This document shows, in pieces, positions 34,213 to 42,134 of a stretch of 42,134 nucleotides of DNA (positions are counted from its first letter, which is position 1; each line of letters starts with the position of its first letter). The position numbers were made by a program, and so were the translations under genes. The notes under the pieces were generated by a model. That model saw only the letters and a list, made by a program, of their open reading frames with translations, was not told where the DNA came from and made no database searches. The stretch is from a virus (lineage: Duplodnaviria; Caudoviricetes). The stretch covers positions 1 through 42,134 of IMG/VR virus record IMGVR_UViG_3300048894_000068; one strand, given 5' to 3'.

Positions 34213-34367
34213 GCTCCCCCGCCCCCTTGCAGGAGCCTTCGAAGAGACGGGTGCGGGCGAAATCAGCACGGCCGGGCTGGCATGGGGTGGCCGGGCCGAC
34301 GCCGGGCGTGGTGCCATCGCGGCCCGGGGGGGGTCGCGGCGCCGCCGGCCTGGGGCGCGGCCGGGCC

Positions 34368-34398
34368 GAGATTCGTCTCACAGCATGAGACGAATCTC
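34368..34398. promoter_or_regulatory. Perfect 13-bp inverted repeat GAGATTCGTCTCA-N5-TGAGACGAATCTC
   Basis: Seen directly; a related half-site ATCGTCTCACA lies near 34429. Confidence 0.6.
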
Positions 34399-34482
34399 AT
34401 GGACAGAGATAAATATCACTGAACGATGATCGTCTCACATCTGGGACGCTGCTGCCTCGCCGCACCGCTGCCCTCCCGCCAT

Positions 34483-35148
34483 CTAGTCAGCGCCTTTGGG
34501 CGGCAGGCCGGCGAGTGCCGACCCAGTGCTGGCTGGTTTGCCATCCGCCATGTCGCTGATCTGCAACGGTAATTCGCCACCCGCCTCAACGTCAAGAGTG
34601 TGGCCCACTCTTGACGCACGATTCGCCGACGTATTGCGCGGCGAGTCGCGCTCCGCGGCGAGCTCCGCGGACATCGCGCGCGCCGCCAGGAAATGCCCGA
34701 GCGCCAGGCCGCCGGCCGCGTTCGGGCCGAGCTCGAGCGTCTCGAAGCGCGCCGCGGTGTAGGGCAGCAGCGCCTCGACCGCGCGCTGCCAGATCGCCAT
34801 CGCGCGCTCCGGCGGGATGCGCAGCTCGCGCGTCAGATCCCGCACGCCGCGCCGCCAGCCCAGTTTCACGAGGTCATGGAGTGCCTCGATGGGCGTTGTG
34901 CCACGCGAGGCAAGGTACTCCGCCGTGCGCTTGGCATCGGCACGCAGCAGCTCGCGCTGCTGGACGCGGCGCCGCGCGACTCGGTTGGCGTCAACCTCGG
35001 TGACCACCGGCTCGCCGTCACCCGACCACGCCAGCGCGGTCTGGATAGCGGTCGGTTGCGGCCTCTCGGTGCCCTGGTCGCGCGCGATCCGCCCGGCGAC
35101 GTCGAGGGGCCTGTTTTGATCATAAGGCCTTACAGGATCGTTTTCCAT
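34483..35148 (-). CDS. Putative terminase small subunit
   Basis: GTTPIEAL...A..LLPYTAARF..LE pattern; position upstream of TerL. Confidence 0.55.
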   Translation of the reverse strand: MENDPVRPYDQNRPLDVAGRIARDQGTERPQPTAIQTALAWSGDGEPVVTEVDANRVARRRVQQRELLRADAKRTAEYLASRGTTPIEALHDLVKLGWRRGVRDLTRELRIPPERAMAIWQRAVEALLPYTAARFETLELGPNAAGGLALGHFLAARAMSAELAAERDSPRNTSANRASRVGHTLDVEAGGELPLQISDMADGKPASTGSALAGLPPKGAD

Positions 35149-35149
35149 C

Positions 35150-35465
35150 TGTGGCGTTCACACCTGTTCACGTCTCTTTTTTGAACTGTGAACACTTATA
35201 GCATATATGAGCATAACAGATAAGACATTGATCTCTCTCTCTCTTTCGTTTCGATGATCGTGTCTTATTCTTCTGTGTTCACGGTGTTCACGGTGTCACT
35301 GGGGTATGGCCCCGTGCGCGCGCGCACGTACGCGAGTCAGGGGATCCCCCCTGTGACACCGTGAACACCGTGAACAATCGCTTAAACGATGAGCCCTATC
35401 AATAGGTTACGCTGTTCACACCGCGACGACCCTCTTGTGAACACCGTGAACACCTTGTCAGTCAC
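35150..35465. repeat. Putative replication origin: GTGAACACC iterons, 24-bp inverted repeat, AT/TC-rich tract
   Basis: 35276-35299 is the exact reverse complement of 35353-35376; further TGTTCAC/GTGAACA copies on both flanks; central (CG)n palindrome. Confidence 0.7.
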
Positions 35466-35553
35466 ACTAGCGCGCTGGTGATCGTCATCACCATGAGGCA
35501 AGCGGATCTCGGCCACGGGCGCAAGGGGCGCGGGAGCCGGCCAATATGCGTTG

Positions 35554-35600
35554 CTCGTAGCTTTGTCATTGACAGGCTGGGCGTTACTAGCTATATTGTC
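35554..35600 (+). promoter_or_regulatory. Sigma70-type promoter, copy 1 (TTGACA-N17-TATATT)
   Basis: -35 at 35569, -10 at 35592; 47-bp block repeated at 36148 with 3 mismatches. Confidence 0.8.
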
Positions 35601-35624
35601 TCTATCGAAACCGGAGACAGAGCG

Positions 35625-35738
35625 ATGAACGTGAATAGCAACTACGGAACACCGACCAAGACCGAGGTAGAGAGGTCGCAGGCCTACTGGGCGAAAGTCA
35701 AAGCGGCAATGACGAAGCCCGCCGACCAACACGGCTGA
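35625..35738 (+). CDS. 37-aa microprotein
   Basis: GGAGA RBS directly after promoter copy 1. Confidence 0.55.
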   Translation: MNVNSNYGTPTKTEVERSQAYWAKVKAAMTKPADQHG

Positions 35739-35765
35739 ACCTCTTGCTCTCGAAAGGATCTTCCA

Positions 35766-35939
35766 ATGCCTTCCTCTCTTCTCTCCGTCTCCCTGCTCTC
35801 CAATGGCGCCTGGCAGGTGTCGCGTTACTTCTCCACCGTGCGCGCTGCACGAAATTGGGCGCGGTTCCTGCGCTCACAGTCCTACGTCTCGGAGGTCGCG
35901 ATCCATCGCGGCGGCCCTGGTGGCGAGCCGGTCGCATGA
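35766..35939 (+). CDS. 57-aa microprotein (MPSSLLSVSLL...)
   Basis: AAAGGA RBS; ATGA-coupled to the next gene. Confidence 0.6.
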   Translation: MPSSLLSVSLLSNGAWQVSRYFSTVRAARNWARFLRSQSYVSEVAIHRGGPGGEPVA

Positions 35940-36154
35940 CCGGCGCTGAAATGATCGACGCTCTGACCACCCTCGGGTGGTCACAGCGGCATCTGGCGAT
36001 CCGCCTGGGCTGCCACACCAACCTGCCGACGTGGTGGGTGCGGGGACAGGTCGCGGTGCCGCGCGACGTCGGCGACTGGCTCCGCGAGCTCGCCGCCTTT
36101 CACGCCCGACACCCGGCGCCGCAGACCTGGCGGCAGCGCGCGGTCAACTCGTAA
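35936..36154 (+). CDS. Cro-like HTH protein, 72 aa
   Basis: MTGAEMIDALTTLGWSQRHLAIRLGC...WWVRG...VP; GGAGG upstream. Confidence 0.75.
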   Translation: MTGAEMIDALTTLGWSQRHLAIRLGCHTNLPTWWVRGQVAVPRDVGDWLRELAAFHARHPAPQTWRQRAVNS

Positions 36155-36194
36155 CTTTGTCATTGACAGGCTCGGCGTTACTCGCTATATTGTC
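36148..36194 (+). promoter_or_regulatory. Sigma70-type promoter, copy 2
   Basis: TTGACA at 36163, TATATT at 36186, 17-bp spacer. Confidence 0.8.
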
Positions 36195-36237
36195 GCTCAT
36201 CGGACGGGATGATCCCGCCGGAACAGGAGACATTCAG

Positions 36238-36381
36238 ATGACCCTAGATCGCAGCGAAATCGCCCGGGCCCTGGCCAAGGCCATCGCCTACAAGCAGTGC
36301 GGCAAGCACGCCGACGCCGAAGCCTGGGCGCGCCAGCTGGTCGAGCTGCTCGAGTGCCACGACATCCTGCGGGGAGCTTGA
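36238..36381 (+). CDS. 47-aa helical microprotein
   Basis: AGGAGA RBS after promoter copy 2. Confidence 0.65.
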   Translation: MTLDRSEIARALAKAIAYKQCGKHADAEAWARQLVELLECHDILRGA

Positions 36382-36384
36382 GCG

Positions 36385-36534
36385 ATGACCTACTACCTCA
36401 AAGCCGTCGCGATCATCGCCCGCCACCCGCTGAACGTGGCGCGCCATCCGAAAGCTGGATACATCATCCGCACCATCGTCCGCCGCGAATTCCGCCTGCA
36501 CTGGCTGCGCGACGTGGCGAAGGGGCACAACTGA
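36385..36534 (+). CDS. 49-aa basic microprotein (MTYYLKAVAII...)
   Basis: GGGGAG RBS; stop abuts the helicase stop. Confidence 0.55.
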   Translation: MTYYLKAVAIIARHPLNVARHPKAGYIIRTIVRREFRLHWLRDVAKGHN

Positions 36535-38493
36535 TCAGTGCAGCGGGACATCGCCCGGCCGGGCGATGTCCACCACCTCCGCCAGATCCTCGCGCGGCGC
36601 GGCCTCGGTGGCGGGTTCATTGCCCAGCACCACGTCGATCGGCAGGATCACCGCGCGCGACCTGACGCCACCACGAAACCGCCACGGCTCGCGTGAGGCC
36701 TGCGCGCCCGGCGCACGCCGCAGCACCTGGGACCAGCCACCGCCGGTCGACGCCTCAGGCAGCGAACGCCACACCGTCCCCTGGAACACCTCGGCCAGCG
36801 CGCGGTGCGTATTGGCGACGACCAGCACCACGGCAGCGTCGCCGCTCATCGGATCCGTCAGCCGCATCAGTCGCAATCCGTAACGCGCCAGCCGGTTGCG
36901 CGCCGCGGCGCCTTCGCGGTCATCCTCGTCGACCTCGACCTCGTCGCCGGCCTCGTCAAACAGCGTTTGCTGCATCAGGCTCTGCCGCGGCTTCATCAGC
37001 CGCCGCGAACCGCGGGTGATCAGGTCGCCGAACGCATCCGACTCAGCCCGCATCCGGTCGAGGCGCGATGACAGCAGGTAGTCGACGCACCGCCGCCACT
37101 CCGGCGTGAGGTCACGCAGCGCCGACTCTTTCGCCAGCAGGGTTGGCGGCTGGCGTAACCAGTCGGCCAGCCGATCGGCAGAGAATTCGTCGTGCATGGC
37201 GACATCACGCGCCGCCCACAGCACGCCGTAGACATCCGCCAGACGCGCCGGGAATCCGTCAGCCTGCATCTGCTGACGCACCGCCGGCAGCACCTCGCGC
37301 ACCAGGCGTGGATAGTGATCCGCCAGCCGTCGGGTCAGCGCCGCACCCTGCTCGGTCACCTTCTCGATCGCGAACGGCAGCCGCCGGACGCCGGGTGGAT
37401 CCTTCAGCAGCTCGAGCACGACGATGCGGCTGGCGTCCTGCGACGGCATCGGCGGGACGATGATCGAGCTGCACAGAAAGCAGCTGGCGACCGTGAACGC
37501 GGCGCCCGCGTGACTCGCACCGCCGCGCAGGATCAATGCCCCCGAGCTCGCCTGGCGGATCAGCTTGATGATGCTGGTCTGCCGCGCGAGCTCGCCCTCG
37601 GATTCGATCTCGTCGATGCCGACCGGGATGGAGTCGGACGCTAGATGCTGCCACAGGCCGGCGGCCGACGCGTCGGTCACCGACACCATACCGGTCGAGG
37701 AAAACAGCGCCTGCAGCATGGTCTGCAGCGTGGTCTTGCCGGTGCCGAAATCCCCGGTGATCCACAGATGCGGGCGGAACACCAGCGCACCGCCGAGGAT
37801 GCCGCAGCAGATCCAGCCGAACGCCAGGTCGACGTCGTAAGTGCCACGTGCCCAGCGCAGCTCGTCGAGGCGTGCGGTGAGCTGTGCCGCGGCGGCATCG
37901 ACCAGCGGCGCCATGCGCGGCCCGAAATCCACCCGCGGCATAGGGCGGCGGGGCACATAGACGAAATCCCCATGCCGCCCCAACGTCACCGTGCGGCCGC
38001 GCACAAAGAGATGGTCGCCGCGGTGCAACACGAGGTCGCCGTCGGCGCCGATCCACGCGCCGCTGCCGCGCACATGATCGTCGGGCGTCCAGAAGCCCAT
38101 GACCTTGCAGGCGGCGACCAGCTCGGCGGTCGCCGTCGATACCTCGATGCCATAGGCCTCGCGGTCTTTGCGATCCTTGGCCTTGCGGGTTTTCGGGTAG
38201 CGCTTCAGGCACCACGCCGCGCCGGCCAGGCTGACCATCATGTTGAGGTTGAGGTCGCGCTCGCGCAGCTGCCGCACGATCCGCACCTCGTTGATCACGT
38301 AGTAACTGGTTTCGTCATAGCCGAGCGGCACATACGGGCAGTCCTCGCCGAGCATCATCCGCACCTTTTCGGCGCGCGTATCGGCGGGCACCGCGTCGAC
38401 CACCGGGGTGGCGCGGGCGCCGCGGCGGCGATCCAGCCGGGTGACCTTGCCGGACTCGGGCCCCGGATCCGGCTGTTGCGGCTCGTCGGCCAT
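36535..38493 (-). CDS. Replicative helicase-like P-loop ATPase (primase-associated)
   Basis: Walker A GDFGTGKT, Walker B VGIDEIE, D.SR arginine finger; same operon as the primase. Confidence 0.8.
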   Translation of the reverse strand: MADEPQQPDPGPESGKVTRLDRRRGARATPVVDAVPADTRAEKVRMMLGEDCPYVPLGYDETSYYVINEVRIVRQLRERDLNLNMMVSLAGAAWCLKRYPKTRKAKDRKDREAYGIEVSTATAELVAACKVMGFWTPDDHVRGSGAWIGADGDLVLHRGDHLFVRGRTVTLGRHGDFVYVPRRPMPRVDFGPRMAPLVDAAAAQLTARLDELRWARGTYDVDLAFGWICCGILGGALVFRPHLWITGDFGTGKTTLQTMLQALFSSTGMVSVTDASAAGLWQHLASDSIPVGIDEIESEGELARQTSIIKLIRQASSGALILRGGASHAGAAFTVASCFLCSSIIVPPMPSQDASRIVVLELLKDPPGVRRLPFAIEKVTEQGAALTRRLADHYPRLVREVLPAVRQQMQADGFPARLADVYGVLWAARDVAMHDEFSADRLADWLRQPPTLLAKESALRDLTPEWRRCVDYLLSSRLDRMRAESDAFGDLITRGSRRLMKPRQSLMQQTLFDEAGDEVEVDEDDREGAAARNRLARYGLRLMRLTDPMSGDAAVVLVVANTHRALAEVFQGTVWRSLPEASTGGGWSQVLRRAPGAQASREPWRFRGGVRSRAVILPIDVVLGNEPATEAAPREDLAEVVDIARPGDVPLH

Positions 38494-38862
38494 CTAGACG
38501 ATGCCGCCGGCGATGACGATCCGATCCGGCGTGCCGGACAGCGCGCCGTCGGCGAGCTCGACCAGCCGGTCGAACGCCTCCGCACGCTCGGCGATCGGCG
38601 TGCCGCGCAGATACCCCGTCAGTAGCGCCGATAGCAGTGCGGCGACCGGCACGATGGAGGACTCCATCTCCACCCGGGCGATCGCGCCGCTGGCCACCCG
38701 CTCGCACCAGTACATCTGGATAACCGCCAATCCGTCGGCCAGGCCGCGGTCCTCGATCGCGGCGACCGACAGGATACGGTCCGGCACGTCGACCAGCAGC
38801 TTGTCGGTGGCGCGCATGAGATACGGCACGCTGTGCGGGCGGATTCGCCTGACCACCTTCAT
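38494..38862 (-). CDS. Hypothetical protein, 122 aa
   Basis: Tightly tiled; ATGA overlap. Confidence 0.65.
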   Translation of the reverse strand: MKVVRRIRPHSVPYLMRATDKLLVDVPDRILSVAAIEDRGLADGLAVIQMYWCERVASGAIARVEMESSIVPVAALLSALLTGYLRGTPIAERAEAFDRLVELADGALSGTPDRIVIAGGIV

Positions 38863-39518
38863 TTGCGCACCGCCTTGATGATGACCGGCACCAGATCGGT
38901 GAATATCATTACGTAATCGGCCGCGCTCGCGAACAGGCTGCGGAACAGGCTGTCATCGCCGTCGGGATACTCGCGCAGCGTCAGCCGCCATCCCGCCGCC
39001 GACAATTCGTCCTGCATCTGCTCGCCGAATAACGCCCGGGCGTAGAGCCGCTGGTGCATCAGCGCGTCGGTGCCGCCGAGGCGCTGATAATCGAACACGA
39101 ATAGCGCGCCGCCGGGCGCGGTCAGCCGCGCCGCCTCACTGAGTACCGCATGAAAACTCTCAGCATGGCACAGCGAGTACAGAAACATGCAGCCATCGGC
39201 GCAGCCGTCATCCAGCGGCACCGCCGCCATGTCGGCCTCGAGCGTGCGGAACTCACCTGGCACGCGATCCAGCTGGTAGCGGTTATTGTTCACCAGAATG
39301 AATCTGAGATCCGGCCGCATCCGGTACATGTGGCGCGCGACCTCGCCGAACCCGCAGCCCAGGTCGAGCCAGAGCGTGTCGCGCGGCGGCGCCATATAGC
39401 CCAGCAGCCGCGCCACATGCGCCTCATCGGTCGGCGCCAGCCGGTAGCCCTGCAGGATCCGCAGGCCCTGCTGCCAGCCCGCGCGCGAGGCTGCGGTGAG
39501 CATGTCCTGCGGGATCAT
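38859..39518 (-). CDS. Class I SAM-dependent methyltransferase (non-DNA type)
   Basis: WLDLGCGFG motif I, ADMAAVP, YSLCH, EAARLTAPGG; no DPPY/NPPY or PC motif. Confidence 0.85.
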   Translation of the reverse strand: MIPQDMLTAASRAGWQQGLRILQGYRLAPTDEAHVARLLGYMAPPRDTLWLDLGCGFGEVARHMYRMRPDLRFILVNNNRYQLDRVPGEFRTLEADMAAVPLDDGCADGCMFLYSLCHAESFHAVLSEAARLTAPGGALFVFDYQRLGGTDALMHQRLYARALFGEQMQDELSAAGWRLTLREYPDGDDSLFRSLFASAADYVMIFTDLVPVIIKAVRK

Positions 39519-39787
39519 GAGTGCCTCGCCACGAAACGCAGCGTCACCCGGCAATCACGGTTGGCGTCGGTCGGCTCGCCCTCGACGATCCACGGCAGCG
39601 CGTCGAGTCCGTCGAGCGCCTCGCGCAGCAGCAGCTCGGCGATCAGCGCGTTGACCGCATGCTGCATCGCCACCGCCCAGATCAGCGGCGGCGGAAACCC
39701 CGCCGGTCGCTTGCGCTGGTCGTCCAGCACGCCGCGCAGCAGCCCTTGCGCCAGGCACAGCGCGCGCTCGTCGTACTGCAGGCTCAT
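39515..39787 (-). CDS. Hypothetical protein, 90 aa
   Basis: ATGA-coupled on both sides. Confidence 0.6.
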   Translation of the reverse strand: MSLQYDERALCLAQGLLRGVLDDQRKRPAGFPPPLIWAVAMQHAVNALIAELLLREALDGLDALPWIVEGEPTDANRDCRVTLRFVARHS

Positions 39788-40068
39788 CGCGCGGCCGCGG
39801 TGGCAAACGGATCCTGCGCCAGCGCCTGCTCGCCGTCGGCGGTCAGCACCCCGAACGCATGGGGGAATCCTGCATCGTCGGATCTGAAGGTATGTGCGGC
39901 CAGGCCGCGCGCCTGCAGCCGGCGGAAATATCGCTCGATGTGTTTGATTTCCGCCGCACCGCCGGCGAGCTGCCGCAGCGTGGCGAAATCCTCGCGGATC
40001 AACTCGAGCTCGCGATCGTCCGCGCCGCCGCGGCCGCGGATCTTGACCCGAAATTTCGGCGTGGTCAC
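39784..40068 (-). CDS. Hypothetical protein, 94 aa (possible winged helix)
   Basis: GTGA/ATGA coupling; L..RGL...LTADG pattern. Confidence 0.6.
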   Translation of the reverse strand: MTTPKFRVKIRGRGGADDRELELIREDFATLRQLAGGAAEIKHIERYFRRLQARGLAAHTFRSDDAGFPHAFGVLTADGEQALAQDPFATAAAR

Positions 40069-40424
40069 GCCTCGGCGGCCGGGCCGGGACCGGGGCCGAA
40101 CGGCAGGCCCGCCGGCGCAGGCTCGTTCGTGCCGTTCGCCTTGCGCGGCCGGCCGCGCTTCGCCTTCGTGGGCTTCGCCACAGGGTCTGCCGCTGATTCG
40201 CGCACGCGTTTGGTGTCGCCGATCTGCCGCGCGTAGCGGGTCTCGAGATATTCCAGCGTGTCGCGCAGCAGGCGGATCACCGCCAGCGTGCCGCCAGGCG
40301 TCGCCACGCTTGTGCCGAGCAACAGCCGGCCCATCGATTCGCAGAGTTCGTCTTGCGCCCGGTAGTCATCCGCGATCGCTTGCACTTGGGCATCCACCGC
40401 CGCGAGTGTTTCGTCGTCGCTCAT
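40065..40424 (-). CDS. Hypothetical protein with C-terminal AT-hook (KRGRPRK), 119 aa
   Basis: GGAGG RBS; ATGA overlap with the primase stop. Confidence 0.65.
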   Translation of the reverse strand: MSDDETLAAVDAQVQAIADDYRAQDELCESMGRLLLGTSVATPGGTLAVIRLLRDTLEYLETRYARQIGDTKRVRESAADPVAKPTKAKRGRPRKANGTNEPAPAGLPFGPGPGPAAEA

Positions 40425-41446
40425 CGCGTCGCCTCCAATTCGCTTTGCCAGTAGGCGTTCGCGTCTTTGAATCCGGCGGGCGGCACCCACTGCGCCACCG
40501 CCCGGCCCTCCTCGCTCCAGTGCAGCAGCGTGTCGCGCCGCAGCTGGGTGACCGCCTCGTTTTCGCCGTCGCGGTCCATCACCAGCACGAGGTCGGCGAG
40601 CGTCTCGGGCAACTCGAGCGCCGCGAGGTTGCCGGCCGAGACGTAGGCCAGCGCGCGCCGCTCGGGAAACCACTGCGCGACCGTCAGCGTGTTCTCGATA
40701 CCTTCGCCGAGCAACGCCAGATCGCCGGGTGGCGCCTTCGCGAGTGAGCGCGCCGAGGCGCCGCGGGTCAGCGGGATAATCCCGCCGAGGCCGGGACCGA
40801 GCAGTTTCTTCGGCGTCTCGAGCGGCGCCTTGCGCCAGGTGTGGCCGCCGCCGGCCAGCCAGGTGCGATGTGTGGCGATGTGCGTCCGCGTCAGCGGATC
40901 GATCACCGCCGCCACCATCGCCGGCAGGTGGGCGTTGGTTTCGACGTTCCAGCATTGCGGATGGAATCGCAGGCTGCCGATCGAGGCGTGGCCGAAGGCG
41001 GCCGGATCGATGCCGCGGCCGGCCAGGTAGCAGCCGACCGGGCCATCCCAATCCATCGGCCACGCGTGCAGGAACATGCCGATCGCCCCGGCGTTGCGCG
41101 CCGGCAGCGGTTTGTGCGCCGGCGGCAGAGGCGCGGCAGATGCCGGCAGAGGCGCGGCAGAGGCCGCCTCGCCGAGCCAGTTGAGTGCCCAGCGAAACGC
41201 CGCGCGGTGATCGCCGCCGCAGAACGCGTCGCGGATCAGCGACAGTCCGGAGGTGCCGGCGGCGCCGGATCCGAAGTTTTGCCATTTGGCAATTTTCGTC
41301 CCGGCAATAACGATACCCCATTTACTGCCGTCCGGCCCGTGGCCGGTCCACTCGCGGCCGATCACGCGCCCGTCAGGCGCGACCTCGCGCGCGAGCTCGA
41401 TGATACGCGAAATTAACAGTTGTTTGACGGCGTCAGGCGACAGCAT
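40421..41446 (-). CDS. DNA primase (Toprim)
   Basis: YLAGRGI, LRFHP, PAMVA, HRTWL, KKLLG, GEGIENTLT, DRD, PPAGFKDAN. Confidence 0.9.
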   Translation of the reverse strand: MLSPDAVKQLLISRIIELAREVAPDGRVIGREWTGHGPDGSKWGIVIAGTKIAKWQNFGSGAAGTSGLSLIRDAFCGGDHRAAFRWALNWLGEAASAAPLPASAAPLPPAHKPLPARNAGAIGMFLHAWPMDWDGPVGCYLAGRGIDPAAFGHASIGSLRFHPQCWNVETNAHLPAMVAAVIDPLTRTHIATHRTWLAGGGHTWRKAPLETPKKLLGPGLGGIIPLTRGASARSLAKAPPGDLALLGEGIENTLTVAQWFPERRALAYVSAGNLAALELPETLADLVLVMDRDGENEAVTQLRRDTLLHWSEEGRAVAQWVPPAGFKDANAYWQSELEATR

Positions 41447-41732
41447 GGCCGCACCATGCGGCGGCGACCTCCGGATGCAGCCGGCGGCGGAACGCCTCGG
41501 CCTCGGCCGCCGGGATCCAGGCACGGCCACCGATGAACACCGGTTTTATGTCGTTGCCAGCTACAGCATTGCGGATTTGTCGTCGCGACACGCCGGTGCG
41601 TCGTGCGGTTTCCGAGATTGTCAGCAGGGCGGCTTGATGTGACGGCACGGCGGCGGCATCGTGAGACACGGCGCGCTCCCCCTGCATTACGTGGCCGTTT
41701 GTCGTGGCATCGGGGATTGGCGCCGGCGTCAC
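41433..41732 (-). CDS. xis: Excisionase-like HTH protein
   Basis: LLTISETARRTGVSRRQI...G.I..VFIGGRAWI; divergent from int; start uncertain. Confidence 0.7.
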   Translation of the reverse strand: MTPAPIPDATTNGHVMQGERAVSHDAAAVPSHQAALLTISETARRTGVSRRQIRNAVAGNDIKPVFIGGRAWIPAAEAEAFRRRLHPEVAAAWCGHAVA

Positions 41733-41736
41733 GCGT

Positions 41737-41772
41737 ATGACCGAGCGATGAACGGTATTCCCGCTCGGTCAT
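41737..41772. promoter_or_regulatory. 11-bp inverted repeat ATGACCGAGCG-N14-CGCTCGGTCAT
   Basis: Perfect inverted repeat just upstream of xis. Confidence 0.5.
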
Positions 41773-41974
41773 TTTGGACAACCGGGAGATGGTTAATACA
41801 ATAACACAAAACGAACGGACAGGGCGTTGTCACTGCGTCGGTATTCTACGATTGCATAGGTTTGTTACATAGCGATCACGGAATCGTGATCGATTTGCCG
41901 GGTTGTTCGTGTTGTCCGTATTGGACAAACTGTCCGGTTTGGCCATATTGTCAAGAGAGAAGGAGTCTTTTGAC

Positions 41975-42134
41975 ATGGCCATCCATATCGGTATCAGCGA
42001 GCGCCGCCCCGGCGTCTGGCTGCTGCGCTCCACCCGCCTGCACCAGCGCCAACGCTACCTCACCGTCTACGGCACCCAGGCCGACGCCGAGGCCGCCGCG
42101 GCGGTCTGGCGCGACGAGCTCGAGGCGCACGGCG
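41975..42134 (+). CDS. int: Integrase 5' part (MAIHIGISERRPGVWLLR...)
   Basis: AAGGAG RBS at ~41960; in frame with position 1. Confidence 0.9.
   Translation, partial: MAIHIGISERRPGVWLLRSTRLHQRQRYLTVYGTQADAEAAAAVWRDELEAHG
42008..42134. repeat. Terminal direct repeat, copy 2
   Basis: Identical to 1-127. Confidence 0.95.

Noticed and set aside
35150-35465. CRISPR array
   Set aside because: Repeats are 7-9 bp, tandem and inverted, with no regular spacers and no cas genes
41122-41164. 21-bp tandem duplication in the primase gene
   Set aside because: Encodes an ASAAPLP linker repeat; ordinary linker slippage

Overview
The window is a complete, circular genome of a temperate, high-GC podovirus-type phage. 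Bases 1-127 are repeated exactly at 42008-42134, so the unit length is 42,007 bp, and the integrase reads across the join. The host is probably an alphaproteobacterium (inferred from a GcrA homologue and base composition). Gene order: integrase with divergent excisionase; primase, accessory genes and helicase; an opposite-strand microgene island; a repeat-rich origin; TerS-like, GcrA, TerL, portal, scaffold, major capsid; HNH; adaptor, several tail fibres, nozzle; GNAT and DNA-ejection proteins; accessory microproteins; HTH regulators. No endolysin, tRNA, CRISPR array or reverse transcriptase was recognised. Best leads: (1) a ~280-nt capsid-gene leader built from 4-5 hairpins sharing an AGU/ACCCA internal motif, with a pseudoknot able to occlude the capsid RBS; (2) an HhH/EndoIII-like DNA glycosylase domain on a probable injected protein, coupled to a small partner gene (effector/immunity-like); (3) a recurring terminal GLL motif in ejection, portal and terminase proteins; (4) an Fe-S PP-loop (PAPS-reductase-family) enzyme inside the ejection operon; (5) a large lyase-like enzyme between scaffold and capsid. 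All family assignments are by-eye motif recognition; no database search was run.
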